Shown: positions 1 to 12,579 of the stretch, in pieces | Position numbering within the stretch: the first letter of the stretch is position 1 | Layout of the letters: every line of letters starts with the position of its first letter | Assembly: GCF_009834535.1 (NCBI RefSeq) | Contig: NC_045697.1 | Span: 118,856,001 to 118,920,000 of the forward strand | Length of the DNA: 64,000 bases | Reading direction: 5' to 3' | DNA from: Camelus ferus | Lineage: Eukaryota | The notes under the pieces: model-generated | Database searches by the model: none | What the model saw: the letters and a program-made list of their open reading frames with translations, nothing else | What the model was told of the DNA's origin: nothing | Made by a program: the position numbers and the translations under genes

Positions 1-29
1 AAAGACTAAATACATAAGTGATAAAATAT

Positions 30-368
30 GGAATTTTTCTTTCTCTTTCTGACTTCACTTAGAATGAAGATCTCCAGGTCCATCCAAGTTGCTGCAGGCA
101 TTTTATTTTTTATGGCTGAGTAGTATTCCATTGTATATATACCACAACTTCTTTATCCAGTCACCTGTTGATGGACATTTAGATTGCTTCCATGTTTGAC
201 TATTGTAAATAGTGCTGCTATGAACGTTGGGGTTCATGTATCTTTTCAAATTATGGTTCCCTCTGGGTAAAACGCCCAGGAGTGGGATTGCTTTATCAAA
301 TGGTAAGTATATATTTAGCTTTTTTAGCAATTGCCCTACTGTTTTCCATAATGGCTGTACCAAACTGC
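30..368 (-). mobile_element. LINE-1 3' fragment (ORF2 end/3' UTR)
   Basis: Minus-strand ORF 103-363 gives typical L1 ORF2 C-terminal motifs (QPLWKTV...AIPLLG...WKQSKCPSTGDWIKKLWYIY). Confidence 0.9.
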
Positions 369-1325
369 CAAGAATACTCTTATTTACACCTTCCTTGAAC
401 TCTGATTACTTAATCTGTGACTATTAATCAACATTTCTCTAAGGAAGAAACGTTAAATACTTGTATACTGCTCTCACACCTGATAAACCAAAACTTACAC
501 TTTTACAAGTGTAATTTGCTCCAATTTTTAAATGAATGTATATATTGAATGAAACTTGTACAATTTAACTAAATCACAAATCTGATAGATTCTCTTAAAT
601 GCTAAAAGTGGCTAGAACATTTAAAAAATATATTTGCTAACATCTGAGAGCTTAAGTACCAGGTCCTGTTCAGCTTTAGATATGTGATATTATCAATATT
701 CAAAATGTCCCCATGAGATAGATCCCCTGATTACAGCCTTGAAATTCAGACATGGAGAAACGAAGCAACTTGCTCACGGTCACACAGGCAGCTGGGACTG
801 GAGTCCAGGGTCCCACGCCATGTGCCCTTTTATCATTGTAGTGAATACCAAATACATTGTAACAGTTTATTAAAACCAGTTAGAGAAATGCTAATATCTT
901 TTATAGTAATCACTTCCTTGTTTCTGTTTGTAGCTTCATCATCTAAGCATTCGCTCCTGCACATTATATGTAAGTTTTACTTTATTTCTGAAAAAGTAGA
1001 AAAATACATATTGGATGATGTTGTGTCCATCACTTTATTCAGCATGGTTTATGAGATTGATCCATTTTATTGCCTGTAGTTGTGTTTCATTTATCTCCTT
1101 GTTGTGTAGTCTTTTTTTTCCTTTATTTTTTTTTATTTTTAATTGAAGTATAGTTGGTTTATAGTCCTGTGTTCCTTGTTGTGTAGTCTTTCACTGTATT
1201 TATGCTCGTATATATACATTTATATCACTAATCATTTATCCATCCTGAAATTGATGGGCTTTTGGGTTTTCTCCAGTTTGGGCTAGTGTAATGAATATGA
1301 CACTGAACAGTCTTGTGTATGTTTC

Positions 1326-1694
1326 TGTATTTATCAGCTCAGGATACAATAACAGAATAACACGTTTATTTTCTCACGGTTCTGGAGATTAGAAGTTCAA
1401 GTTCCAGGGTGCCACTGTGGGTGGTTTCTGGAGTGACCTCTGTCCTTGGTCTGCAGATGGCTGCCTTCTCTCTGGGTCCAAATGGCCTTGGATGAGCTGA
1501 GGAGGAGGAGTGGAGGGGTGGGGAAGAGAGCGGTTCTGGTGTCTCATCCTAGAAGGACACCAGTCCTATTAGATTAAGGCTCTACCCTGAGGACTTTGCT
1601 TAACCTTAATTTGGCCCCCTCTCCAGGTACAACCCCACTGGGGGTGGGGCTTCTACAAAGGAACTTTGGGAAGGGATACAGCTCAGTCTGTAGC
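1326..1694 (-). mobile_element. MaLR LTR (MLT1-like solo LTR)
   Basis: MLT1-type motifs TTTATTTTCTCACGGTTCTGGAG, GCAGATGGCTGCCTTCTC, AAGGACACCAGTCCTATT, CAGCTCAGTCTGTAGCA. Confidence 0.7.
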
Positions 1695-1749
1695 AGTCTC
1701 CCGGGGCACACGCATGTAGTTTTGCCTTTTGCATTTAAAATTTAACTTA

Positions 1750-2196
1750 CAAGTGTACGGTGTTTTACTGTGCTTTGCTTTATTTCACTTTGAAGATACT
1801 GTGTTAGTTTACAAATTACAGATTTGTGGTAATCCTGCCTTGTCAGGTGATGGTCAGCAGTTTTTAGCAAGAAAATATTTTTTTTATTTTGGGGGGGGAT
1901 TAGGTTTGTTTGTTTGTTTATGGAGGGACTTGGGATGGAACCCAGGCCCCGTGCATGCTAAGCACGAGCTCTACCACTGAGCTCTGCCCTCTTCCCACCA
2001 AACATACTGTTAAATTAAGGTGTGCATGTTGTTTTTTTAGACAACTCTCTTGCACATCTATAGACTACAGTGAAGTATAGGGGTCCCTTTTACATGCACT
2101 GGGAAGCCAAAACTTTGTGTGACTTGCTGTATTGCAACATTTGCTTTACCACATGGTCTGGAACTGAACTTGCAGTATTTCTGAGGTCTGCCTGTA
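1750..2196 (+). mobile_element. Internally deleted Tigger1-like DNA transposon, interrupted by a SINE
   Basis: Left end (TGCTTTATT...TTACAAATT...TTTGTGGTAATCCTGC) and right end (CATGCACTGGGAAGCCAAAA...GGTCTGGAACTGAAC...GAGGTCTGCCTG-TA) resemble Tigger1 termini. Confidence 0.75.
1880..1998 (-). mobile_element. tRNA-derived SINE (camelid Vic-1-like)
   Basis: Reverse complement reads GAGGGCAGAGCTCAGTGGTAGAGCTCGTGCTTAGCATGCACG...GGGTTCCATCCC with A/B boxes and an A-rich tail. Confidence 0.8.
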
Positions 2197-2265
2197 CCTT
2201 GAATTTAATAGAAAATTGTATTGAGTTAATTGCAGATTCCCATGCAGTTTTAAGAGATAGTCCAG

Positions 2266-2416
2266 AGGGGGAGGGGATAACTCCGTGGAAGAATGTGTGC
2301 CTAGCAAGCACGAGGTCCTGGGTTCAATCCTTAGTACCACCATTAAAAATCAATAAATAAAAATGCAATTACCTCCCCCCAAATAAAGTAATAAATAAAA
2401 ATATAATAATAAAAAT
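2266..2416 (+). mobile_element. tRNA-derived SINE (Vic-1-like)
   Basis: GGGGGAGGGGATAACTCCGTGG...CACGAGGTCCTGGGTTCAATCC, followed by an AATTACCTCCCCCC motif and A-rich tail. Confidence 0.85.
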
Positions 2417-3007
2417 CCAGAAAGATTCTTTACACTTTTCCCAGCTTCACATAATGGTGACATTTTGAGGAAATGTTGTAAACCTTCACAACCAGGACAT
2501 TGACACGGGCTTTCTTCCCTAGTTTCATTTGCACTCATTTGTGTGTGTGTGTGAATTAGGGTCTACACAATTTTCTCACCTATGTAGGTCTGTGTGTCCA
2601 CCGTCACAGTCAGATCCTCGATGTTGCCTTCTTCATAACCCCAGCTGCTTCCTTGCCCCCTCTCAGCAGTTGACTTTTGTATGAGGTAGCATCACATTTG
2701 TTTCCATTTCTTTTTTAAGTGGTCTGTATTCAGTGGCCCTGGCATCCTTTACTCACAGGACCGCCCTCTGCCCCCTTCCCCGAAGCACCACCCCTGCTGT
2801 AAATCGTCTCCACGTGTGTATGAGTCCACCTTACGGTTCTTCCATTCATTGGCCTGTTTCTTCTCACATCGGAACCGCGCTGCCTTAATTACTACTGCAC
2901 CTTTAAAAGGTGTTGCTGTCTAGTAGGAAAAGCTCTGTTTCTTGTTTTCCTTCTGCAAACATTGTCTTGGCTATTCTTGGCCCTTTCTACTTCTGACTAG
3001 TTTCCTA

Positions 3008-3139
3008 GGGGGGACGGTAGAGCTCAGTGGCAGAGCATGTGCTTAGCATGCACGATGTGCTGGGTTCAATCCCCAGTCCCACCATTAAAAATAGATAGAC
3101 AAACCTAATTACCTTCCCCCCCTCCCTGAAACAAGAAAG
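3008..3139 (+). mobile_element. tRNA-derived SINE (Vic-1-like) with target-site duplication
   Basis: AGCTCAGTGGCAGAG...GGGTTCAATCCCCAG, flanked by direct repeat CTGACTAGTTTC (2993-3004 and 3140-3151). Confidence 0.9.
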
Positions 3140-4489
3140 CTGACTAGTTTCTGAATGAATTTTCCACAGCAGGACCAGTTAACATCTCATTCTCAGAGCT
3201 AGAGGGAACTCACACTGTCGTTTCTTCTCTCTCACAAAAGGGGGCTTCAAGGCAGCAGCTGTGTGTTCCCCATCAATGTTGTCATGTTCATCTGACAACA
3301 GGATGGTTCTTACAAACCTTTGGCTCTATAACCTCCTGCCATGAAATGAGGAGTGAAAAAGCCAAGCTATGTCAAGTTTAGATTCCCCCCTCCCCTTTTC
3401 TGAATGTAGAAACTAGTCATCTCTGGTGGAACTGAGCTGGGAGTGGCTGTTGGGAGCCTTGGGCCCTCTTGCCTCCCATGTATTGCAGTGGGTCCCAGGG
3501 TCAGCGTCTGATCTGCAGCGGTGCGGGAAGGGACAAAGCTCTCGGGCTGGAAGGGCCCTCCAGAATTGTCCTAAGTTGGGGCAGTAGGGCTGAGCCCAAA
3601 GCCCCTGCATCCATCCGTCGCTGGAGGTGGGGCTGCTCCTGAAGGGGGCAGGACCCTGGGCGGAGCCACCATCCTCAGAGGAGGTGATCCTTCTGACTGG
3701 CCTCAGAGCTGCTTCCTGGTACCTGTGCTGCCTGCAGCCCAGGGATGTGCTCTGGGATCCTGGAGGGTGGTCCTGGAGGCGCCGTTCACATCTACTTCTC
3801 AGGTGTGCACTGGGAGCAACAACTCCAGCGCCCCGGGGGGTCTCACTTCCTGGGATAAACTTACAATGGTTTATCTGTCTAAGGACTCATTGTCCCCTCC
3901 TGTTCTGTCTTTTGTAGGTTCCCCTAACCCTCATTTGGCGCCTCCGCTGGTCTCAGTGTCTTGCCTGGATGTATGACCCTGACCTTCATCCCGGAGAGGC
4001 CAGCATCCCCTTCTTGGGTCTTGCCTGCTGTACTTTTCCACGCAACCAACACAGGGCCGGAGAGCAGCAAGAGAAGGCCACGCAGAGCCCGAGACCGCAC
4101 CCTTCCCTGCCCTCCCTGTCGACACCGAGTCTCCCTCCTCCCAGGCCTCGCGGTGAGTCATCCCTGTCCAGGTGCTGACCTGCAGATCCCAGAGGGCTCG
4201 GATAGCAGCTGGAGTGCCATGTGCCCTGGTAGAAGTGTTCTCACCTTTTTCAACCAGGGTGGGAAGCGGAGGCTGCAGGGACAGGAAGCACCAGGGCCTC
4301 ACGTGGGTCGCTCGGTCAGAGTAGGGCCTCCTTTCACCTTTCTGCTCCTCTGCCCTGAGTTCTGTCGGTGATGGAGCGCTGCATACATGTGACTGACGTG
4401 AATATACACAGCTTCCTTGGGGAGGGCAGCTCAGTCCTGGGCTGACACTGGATCATTGGTGGAGGTGTGGTCCTAACAGCTGCTTGGTG

Positions 4490-4735
4490 CCAGATCATGT
4501 GATCAGACCCAGTGGGTCCCCTGGCCATGTTGCCCACTCCTGCTCTTTTTGACATAAAGTGGGTCCCTTGGTCTGAGGTGATACCATGTGCGACCCTGTA
4601 TTGGTGGTTTCAACATTGTTTAGAGATGCTGGCTGAGGTCCTGTGGGCAGACTCGTATCTGTAAAGTGTCTATTCCCATCAGAATTAACTGCTACCCCTT
4701 TCAGGATAGAAGGGACTCCACTGGCATCAGCTTTG
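4490..4735 (-). mobile_element. ERVL/MaLR internal fragment
   Basis: Resembles recalled ERVL-int sequence (GCTGAGGTCCTGTGGGCAG...GTGTCTATTCCCATCAGAA...GCTACCCCTTTCAGG); no ORF support. Confidence 0.45.
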
Positions 4736-4759
4736 TTGATGCTGCGACAAACAGGGGAG

Positions 4760-5274
4760 AGTTACCCAATCGGAACTCGTTCTGCTCGCCGCACGACAGC
4801 CGAGGTGTTTGGGCAACGAATAGTGAGTTTATTTGCAAAGGCCGGCAGACCCAGAGGATGACAGACTAATGTCTTGGATAGCCATCCTGCTCCAGTCAGA
4901 ATACAGGCTCATGTTATTCACAAAACAAAACAGGGGAGAGGGTGTGGTTGGTTGTTGCAAACTTCTTGCTGCAGGCATTCTTTGTTCTTTCAGCCATCCA
5001 TGTGGGTCAGGTCATGCTGTCCTTGTAAACCTCCAACAAAACAAAGCTTATTCTGAGGTTTGCAACTTGCTCTCTCAATGTAAGTGCAGAAGAGCTACCG
5101 TCCTTAAAGGTCAGAGCCCCGAGAATAGGCTCTCCTGTAGACTTCAGGCTAAAGGCAACATTGTTTCACAAAATGTCCAGAGCTGGGAAGACTAAACCTG
5201 GAAAGCAGGGCAGGCACACTGGTTAAAATTAAAGGAACGGATCCAATGTAGAGTCAGATTTGTTCTCTATTACA
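4760..5274 (-). mobile_element. ERV solo LTR
   Basis: Minus strand starts TGTAATAG and ends GGTAACT; has a minus-strand AATAAA (TTTATT ~4828) followed by an R/U5-like segment; ~515 bp. Confidence 0.6.
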
Positions 5275-5279
5275 GCACT

Positions 5280-8200
5280 AGGAAAGCATTTGCTAAACAT
5301 TCACTCTTAAAACACTGGCTGTGATCCAGCATCCAAGTAGCCTGGGAATCAGCAGTTCTACACGTCTCTTGCACTACTCACCACAAGCTTCACTCACTGC
5401 ATGTCACTTTTTTCAAGGAAAGAACAGTGTCTAAACATTCTTTCCTAGTGCTATTCAAAAGTCTTCATATATCTAATGTGGGGACATTCTTTTAAATGAG
5501 GAGGGATTGGCTTTGTCATTTATTGGCTGTGAAACCATTGGTTGTAACAACTTCTCATTAGCAAGAGCTCTGCTGCCTCAGGTCTTCCATTCAGTTAGCT
5601 GTGTGCGTCACTCACTGGGTGCAACGCTTCCCCTGAAAGACACTGTGCCTAAGAGGTCCTGCGTCCCAGCTGGTGACAGCAGCGCTCTGCCCACTGTGAA
5701 AGCAAGACTTCGAAGCCGTGCAGAAGGCGGTCTCATCTGTTCCCTGTAAGGGCACTGGGCATGGTGAGGTAGACAAGGGAACCTTTCAGAATTCTGAGAA
5801 AACAGCTTCTTTCCACCTGTTAAATGATTTAGTCCATGCTTTAAACTCTGGAAATAACAATATTTCTGTGAAAAAAACCTCTGAGCTTGAGATTTCTATT
5901 ATGTAGCCAGCAAGAACATCTAAATATTGAAAATCTAGGAACAGGATTTTACATGCCCTGGAAAAGGCTTTCCCATCCATTCACTGATAAAACATCAGGT
6001 ATGGCTAAGCACCCAAGCAGCCAGAGAAAATGAACCGTCCAGGGCTGTTAATCTATGCACTGCTAGCTTCATTCACAGTCTAACTTTTTGTGACTGACAG
6101 AATCGTCTCAACTTTCTTCCATAGAGTACTAGTAAGTCTATATGTGTGTGATACAGGAACAAATTTTTATGTGCAGAAAAAAGGCTTTCTCACCCATGGC
6201 CTTTAGAACACAGGCTGTAACTAGGCTTCTGATTAGAGAAAGATTACAGGGCCCGTATTCACTGGACTACATACATCCCTCACTGAGCATGACTTTCTTC
6301 ATTGTAAGAGCATTATGTCTACAATTTCTCTCCTATAGGTGGTGACAACAGCTTCCAACACTGAAGACTTTGCATGCAAAGTGAAAAAATGTCCTTTGTA
6401 TTTCCTGTCAGAACACTGGGTATAACAAAGCTTGAAGAAACCTAAGAAAATAGTTAAATTTTTTACTACATGCATGACTCTGAATCTATGAACTTTTCTG
6501 TGAAAGAACTCTGAGCTTCAGATTCCTACCGTGTAGTCAGTAAGAACATCTGTATGTTGGGAACATGGGGAGAGGACTTGGAAAGTCTTTCTCATCCATT
6601 CAGTGTTAAACGTCTCGATGTGACTCAGCATCCAAGTGGCCTGAGGAACAGCACTTTGGCAGGTCTGTTCAACAGTTCACCACGAGCCTCACACCGTAGG
6701 TGCCTTTTTTCTCCTGAAAGAGCACTATGTCTAAAATGTCTTTAGTTTAATTTTAACCAAGTCCGTATATACCTAATATGGGGGCAAGAATTTCCACTAG
6801 GGGAAGACTTTCTCACCTGTGGGCTCTCAGACATGGGGTACAGGGAAGCTTCTGAGGAGCAGGAGAGGCAATGCTGATCCAGGTCCTTATGCAGTTGGCA
6901 TCATGCACCTCTCCTCGGGCATAATGTCAGTTCACTGAAAGAACGCGCGTCTGAAGTTCCTTTCATATAGCTAGGAGCAAGAGCTCTGAAACTCTAATGT
7001 GGAAGCAAAAGTTACACAGAGTGAAAGGATCTCACATGTTTCCTGGGTATAGTGAAGCTTGAAGAAACTTGAGAAAACAGTTTCTAGAAACCTGTTAAGA
7101 GATTCACTATATGTACGACTCTCTGGGCATAACAGCATTTCTGTGAAAGAACTCTGAGTTCACGATGCCCTCCACGTAGCTGCTAAGAACTTGCACACAC
7201 AGAGAATGTGGAAACCGTGTGACACGCAGTCAGAAAGGCTTCAGCACCCATGAACTGTTACCACTCTCAGTATGACTCAGCGTCCAGCTGGAGGCTCCTA
7301 CATGCTGGCTTGTAGGAATCTTAGGCACAGAGTCCTTCCAGAGAACTATTGTTAAATCCAGAGAGTCATCAGGTAGCGAATCTTTTAACAGATTTAAATG
7401 CTGTTTTCTCAAGTTCCTTTACTTCCGTACAGCCAGTGTCCTGAACGGAAGTAGAGGAGGCAACCGTTCAGCCTGTATGGGGAATCTTGCTTCCATATTA
7501 CACTGTTTGTAGCTGTTTTTACTAGCTGTGTGAAAGACAGTTTTAGGAGAGATTTCTCCCAGTGAGCGCAAGTTATTCCCAGAGGGTGGTGCGTGTAGTC
7601 AGTTGAATAAAGAACCTGTAAGTAGCGCTTTTCTTGCTACTTAGAAGCTGCCCTGCACCCAGTGTTCTAACAGCTCAATGGACAACTAAATCCCTCTCAC
7701 CGGCATGTAACAGCTTGTTGCATTATTAGTTATGCATTGCGCTTGTTATTACTCTGCAAGAGGGTGTTGACTTTGTGACTTTTCAGTGGCAGGAAGTACC
7801 CGCAGTGAGTGAGGCTGGCAGTGAACGCTGCATCAGACCCGCAGAACGAGTTTCCAAGGCCACCTGAAAGATGATTCACACCTTGGTTTTAAGAGGGAAG
7901 GTATGTGAAAGCTTTCCAAGTGCCTCAATGCTTTATTCCCATATTACATATAGAGAGATTCTGTTACTAGACACAGGAGAGAAACCATTGGCACATTGTT
8001 CTTTCTGAGAAACATTTTTATACACAGAGAGTCATGCACGTAGTAAGTCATTTAACAGATTCACAGAAGCTTATTTCTGATACTTCTTCAAGCTTTGGTA
8101 TAAACCATTTTCTTACAGGCAAGAGATGAATGCTCCTTTCGCCCTGCACGTAAGGTCCTGATTCCGTGTTAGAGACAGACAGCTGTTAGCAGCGCTATGA

Positions 8201-11045
8201 AGGAAATGGTAGGCTCCGTGGCTCTTCCAGTGAATGGAGCTTATACCCAGTGAGTGATGTACACGCTCAACTGAACAGAGGACCTCGAGCAGCAGAGCTC
8301 TTCCTGCTACAGAGAAACCTCTTCGCTGTGCTCAGCCAGCCCCCAAGTGAGAAACTTCCTCATGTATGTGTAAAAGCTCGTTCCCTTATTAGATATACAC
8401 AAGCTTGTTAGTTTGCACACATCTGTGTATAAATATGAAAAACTACACGCGTCCCCATACAGGCTGAAAGGCCCCTCGTCTACTTCCTTTTAGGACCCTG
8501 GCTACGGGGAAGCTTAAAGAAACCTGAGAAAACAGCATTTAAATCTGTTAAAAGATTCGCTACCTCATGACTCTAGAGTTAACAGTAGTTCTCTGGAAGG
8601 ACTCTGTGCCTAGGATTTTTGCAAGCCAGCAGGTAAGAACCTCTAAGTATAAGGAACATGGGAGCGGGAGTTTACACGGACTCAGACCGTCCCTGCCGCC
8701 CACCCAGGGGCAGAGTTCTAGGCGTGAGCCAGCGCCCAGGCAGCGTGGGCATCAGTGATCCCACAGGCCTGTTGAACCACTCGCTGTCAGCCTGCGCATT
8801 TTTGTCCTTTTTTTCACCAAAAGGAGACTGTCTAAACCTACATTCATGGACTATTAGCAACTCTGTACTTACACTGAATGTGATAGCACGGCTTTACACG
8901 CACATGGAAAGGCTTGCTCATGTCAGGGCTGTTAGAGCCCTGGGCAGCGGGACGTGCCTGCGTAGCAAGGAAAGAAATGCTGCCACAGGCCCTTTATTCA
9001 CTCACCTCATGCTTCACTCACTGGGCAAACTTCCTTCCACTGAAAGAAAACTCTGCCTAAGGTCTGTGTCATGGAGACACTAAGGACAGCTATTTGTATC
9101 TAATATGGGAGTAAGATTTTAGATGCAGGTTGGAAGGTGCTCTCACCTATTTTTTGTTAGAACACAGAATAGCAGTGTGAAGAAACCCAGGAAAACAGCT
9201 TCTATAAATCTGTTTAAATACTCACTGCATGCGAGACACTCTGGATACAACAGCGTCTCTCTGAAAGGACACTGTGCCTGTACTTTTACTGCGTAGCTAG
9301 TGACAGCATGTGTGTATAAGGTACATTCAAGCAAGACTTTCCTGAGAGGCTCTTGCACTATCTTCACCGTTAAAACCTGGCTCTGACTCAGCTTCCAGGA
9401 AACCCGAGAAGCAGTAGTTGGACAAGTCTGCCAAACACGTCACTACCAGCATCACTCACTGACACTAGCTCTGCTGAAGGAACGCCATGTCTAGACTTGT
9501 TCTGTAAAGTCCCACTAAGGCCACATATCTAATCCAGGTACAGTTTTTTACATGCAGATGAAGGGCTTTGTCATCCAAGGCTGCTTAACAACCTGGATGT
9601 AGCATAGCCTCTATGTAGCAGGAGAAGACCTACAGCCACCTGGTCCTTCACTCAGTCGACTGTGTGTATCACTCGCTGGTTATTTGATTCATTCACTACA
9701 AGAACACTGCACCTAAAATTTCTTTCCTACAGTTAGTTACAACAGGTGTGCCTGTCTATGTAGCATGAAAGACAGACCTCGCATGCAGAGTGATGGAGCT
9801 CACACCTATTGTCCGTAAGAACACTGCATATGGCAAAGCTTGGAGACGTCTGTAAAATCAGATTCTATAAATAATGTTAAGTGATTCACCTCGGGGATGA
9901 CTATGTGTAACAGCATGTTTCTCCAAAAGAACGTTGTGTCTAAGTTTTCTGTCTATCTTGTTGTTTACGTTCACACAGGAAGACTTTCGTCTCCATTCAC
10001 TGTTAAAAGTACATGCATCACTTACTGGGTACAGCTTCTCCCTGAAAGAACCTTGTGCCTAAATGTTCTTTCATATGGTTAGTTACAGCAGCTATACATC
10101 TGTATCTCTTTATATATACCTAGTGTGGAAACAAGACTTTTCATGCAGAGAGAAGGACGCTCTCATTCTCTGCTTCTTAGAACACCATGTATAGCAAAGC
10201 TTACAGAAGCCTTGGAAAGGAGTGTCCAGAGATTTCTTAATTTACAGGTGCATGACTCATTCTGTACAGCCATATAGCTCTGAAAGAACACTGTCTCCCA
10301 TTTCTATCATGGGGCTCAAGACAACATCTATATATAATCAACATTTCAACGGGACTTTTTATACATACTATGAAAGGCCTTTACATCCATTCACTGTTAA
10401 AAGGTTTTGATATGACTCAGCTTCCAAGTAGGCTGAGAAAACCTAACTCTACAGGTCTGTTACACTACTTAATCCTCGCCTCACTTATTGTGTGTAACTT
10501 TCTGTCACTGAAAGAAACACTGTGTCTAAAACTACTTTTATAGATCGTTTAAGAAGTATGATTATCTATCTATCATCTATCTATCTATCTACATGGGAAC
10601 AAGGGTTTACATGCATCTGGGCAGGCTTCCTCATCTATGGAGTGTTAGAATACAAGGTGCAGAAAAATGTCTAAGTTCCCTAACAAACACTACTTCTACA
10701 CGTCCTTTTATCAGTTGACTGCCTGCCTCACTTACTGAGTGTAACTTCCTTTCCAGAGTGCAGGAACACTCTGACTAAAGTTTAAAGTTTCTTTCACATA
10801 ACTAGTAGCAACAGCCATATGTATTTATGTGTCCCTGACACAGAAGGAAGACTTTACATGCATAGTGAAAGGGATTCTCTATTTTGTCTTAGAACAGTGG
10901 TTATAGACAAGCTTAAAGAAACCTAAGAAAACAGCTTTTTACAAATCTATTAAATATTTAGCAGATGCATGACCCTCTGAGCATAAGAATATTTCTCTGA
11001 CAGAACACTGTGCCTAAGATTTCTATCTTGTGTTCTAGTAACACC
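5280..11045. repeat. Degenerate tandem array of ~215-bp monomers with three-monomer (~650 bp) higher-order repeat and internal inversion
   Basis: Anchor GAAAGAAC(A/T)CTG-like recurs at 5418, 5635, 5870, 6096, 6304, 6502, 6716, 6937, 7145, then 8596, 9042, 9263, 9476, 10044, 10282, 10510, 10999. Monomers in ~7291-8450 are on the opposite strand. Confidence 0.85.
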
Positions 11046-11049
11046 ACCT

Positions 11050-12195
11050 ATGTGTAACTGCCAATTTAACCCTCCCTCCTGCCTTCTCCCTGATAACCGT
11101 GTTTGTTTTCTACATCTCTGAGTCTCTTTCTGTATTGCAAATGAGTTTATTTGTTATTCTTTTAGATTCCAGATATAAGTGATATCATATGATATTTGTC
11201 TTTGAGTTAATTTACTTAGTATGATAATCTCTAGGTCCATCTATGTTGCTGTAAATGACATTATTTCATTCCATGTTATGCCTGAGTAATATTCCATTGT
11301 GTATGTATACAGCATTTTCTTTACCCATTGATATGTCGATGGATGGTTGCTTCCATGTCCTGACTATTGTAAATAGTGCTGCTATGAACACTGGGGTGCA
11401 TGTATCTCTTTGAATTAGAGTTTCATGTGGATATATGTCCAAGAGTGGGATTGCTGTATCATAGGGTAATCTATTTTCAGTTTTTTGAGGAATTTCCTTA
11501 CTGTTTTCCATAATGGCTACACCAAACTACCTTCCCACCAGTGGGGTAAGAGGGTTCCCTTTCCTCCACACCCTCTCCAGCATTTATCATTCATGAACTT
11601 TTGAGTGATGTGCATTCTGACTGGTGTTTTGTAGTTTTGATTTCCATTTCTTTTGATAATTAGTGATACTGAGCGTTTTTTCAAGTGCCTATTGTGCATT
11701 TGTAGTATTCATTGGAGAAATGCTTGTTTAGATCTTCTGCCATTTTTGGTTGTTTGTTTTTTGTTATTAAATTTTATGAGCTGTTTATATATTTGGGAAA
11801 TTAAGCCTTTGTCAGTCAAACATTTACAGATATTTTCTCCCATTCCACAGGGTGTCATTTTGTTTTGCTTATGGTTTCCTTTACTATGCAAAAGCTTATA
11901 AGTTCACTTAGGTCCCACTTGTTTATTTGTGCTTTTATTTCTATTGCTGGGGTAGACTGCCCTGGGAGAACATTGCTGAGATGTATGTCGGGTAATGTTT
12001 TGCCTATGTTTTCTTCCAAGTGGTGTATAGTGTCTTGTCTCCATGTTTGTCTTTAAGCCATTTTCAGTTTATTTCTGTGTAGGGCGTGAAGGGGTATTCT
12101 AACTTCATTGATCTAGAGGCAGCTGTCCAGTTTCCCAGCACCATTTGTTGAAGAGACTGTCTCTTCTCCATTGTATATTTTTGCCTCCTTCGTCA
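11050..12195 (-). mobile_element. LINE-1 3' portion (ORF2 C-terminus + 3' UTR), truncated
   Basis: Minus-strand ORFs with L1 motifs ([38 protein letters not shown]). Confidence 0.9.
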
Positions 12196-12197
12196 TA

Positions 12198-12572
12198 GGA
12201 CGCGGGAGCGCGCCCAGAGCATGTGGACGCTGGGCGGGAGCCGGGAGCTCCTGGACCAGCTCCCGGAGGAGGAACACGGCCTGGGGTCTGGGCCTCCACT
12301 TGCTGTCACTTCTGCTGCCGCTGCCGGGCAGTTAAGGGGGCGCTGGTGGGGGTGCGCAGGTCGGGGAGCCGGCGAGTGAGGCCTGGGCTGTGCAGCTGGG
12401 GAGGCGCACAGGGAGTGGCGCTTAGGTGAGGTCCAGGCCCCGTGTCCCCATGCGGACCCTGAGGCAGGTCCCAGGCCACTGCTCTGGTTGGGGTCCCCCC
12501 CTCCCCCAGATTGGTAATCACTGAATCCTGCGTCTTTCTTGCTGCAGCTCATATGTGGGTTTGGGAAAGTGG
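12198..12572 (+). repeat. GC-rich first-exon-like cassette, copy 1 (splice donor mutated)
   Basis: Aligns by eye to 21960-22520 and 26880-27420 (GCTCCTGGACCAGCTCCC..GAGGAGGAAC..GGCCTGGGGTCTGGGCC; AAGGGGGCGCTGGTGGGGG; GGGTTTGGGAAAG). Confidence 0.85.
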
Positions 12573-12579
12573 CTGAATT

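Noticed and set aside
2266..3139. tRNA genes
   Set aside because: A/B boxes are present, but with A-rich tails and TSDs; these are tRNA-derived SINEs
5280..11045. CRISPR-like array, snoRNA/miRNA cluster or zinc-finger repeat
   Set aside because: No invariant repeat with unique spacers, no consistent C/D boxes or short hairpins seen, no coding periodicity; eukaryotic context
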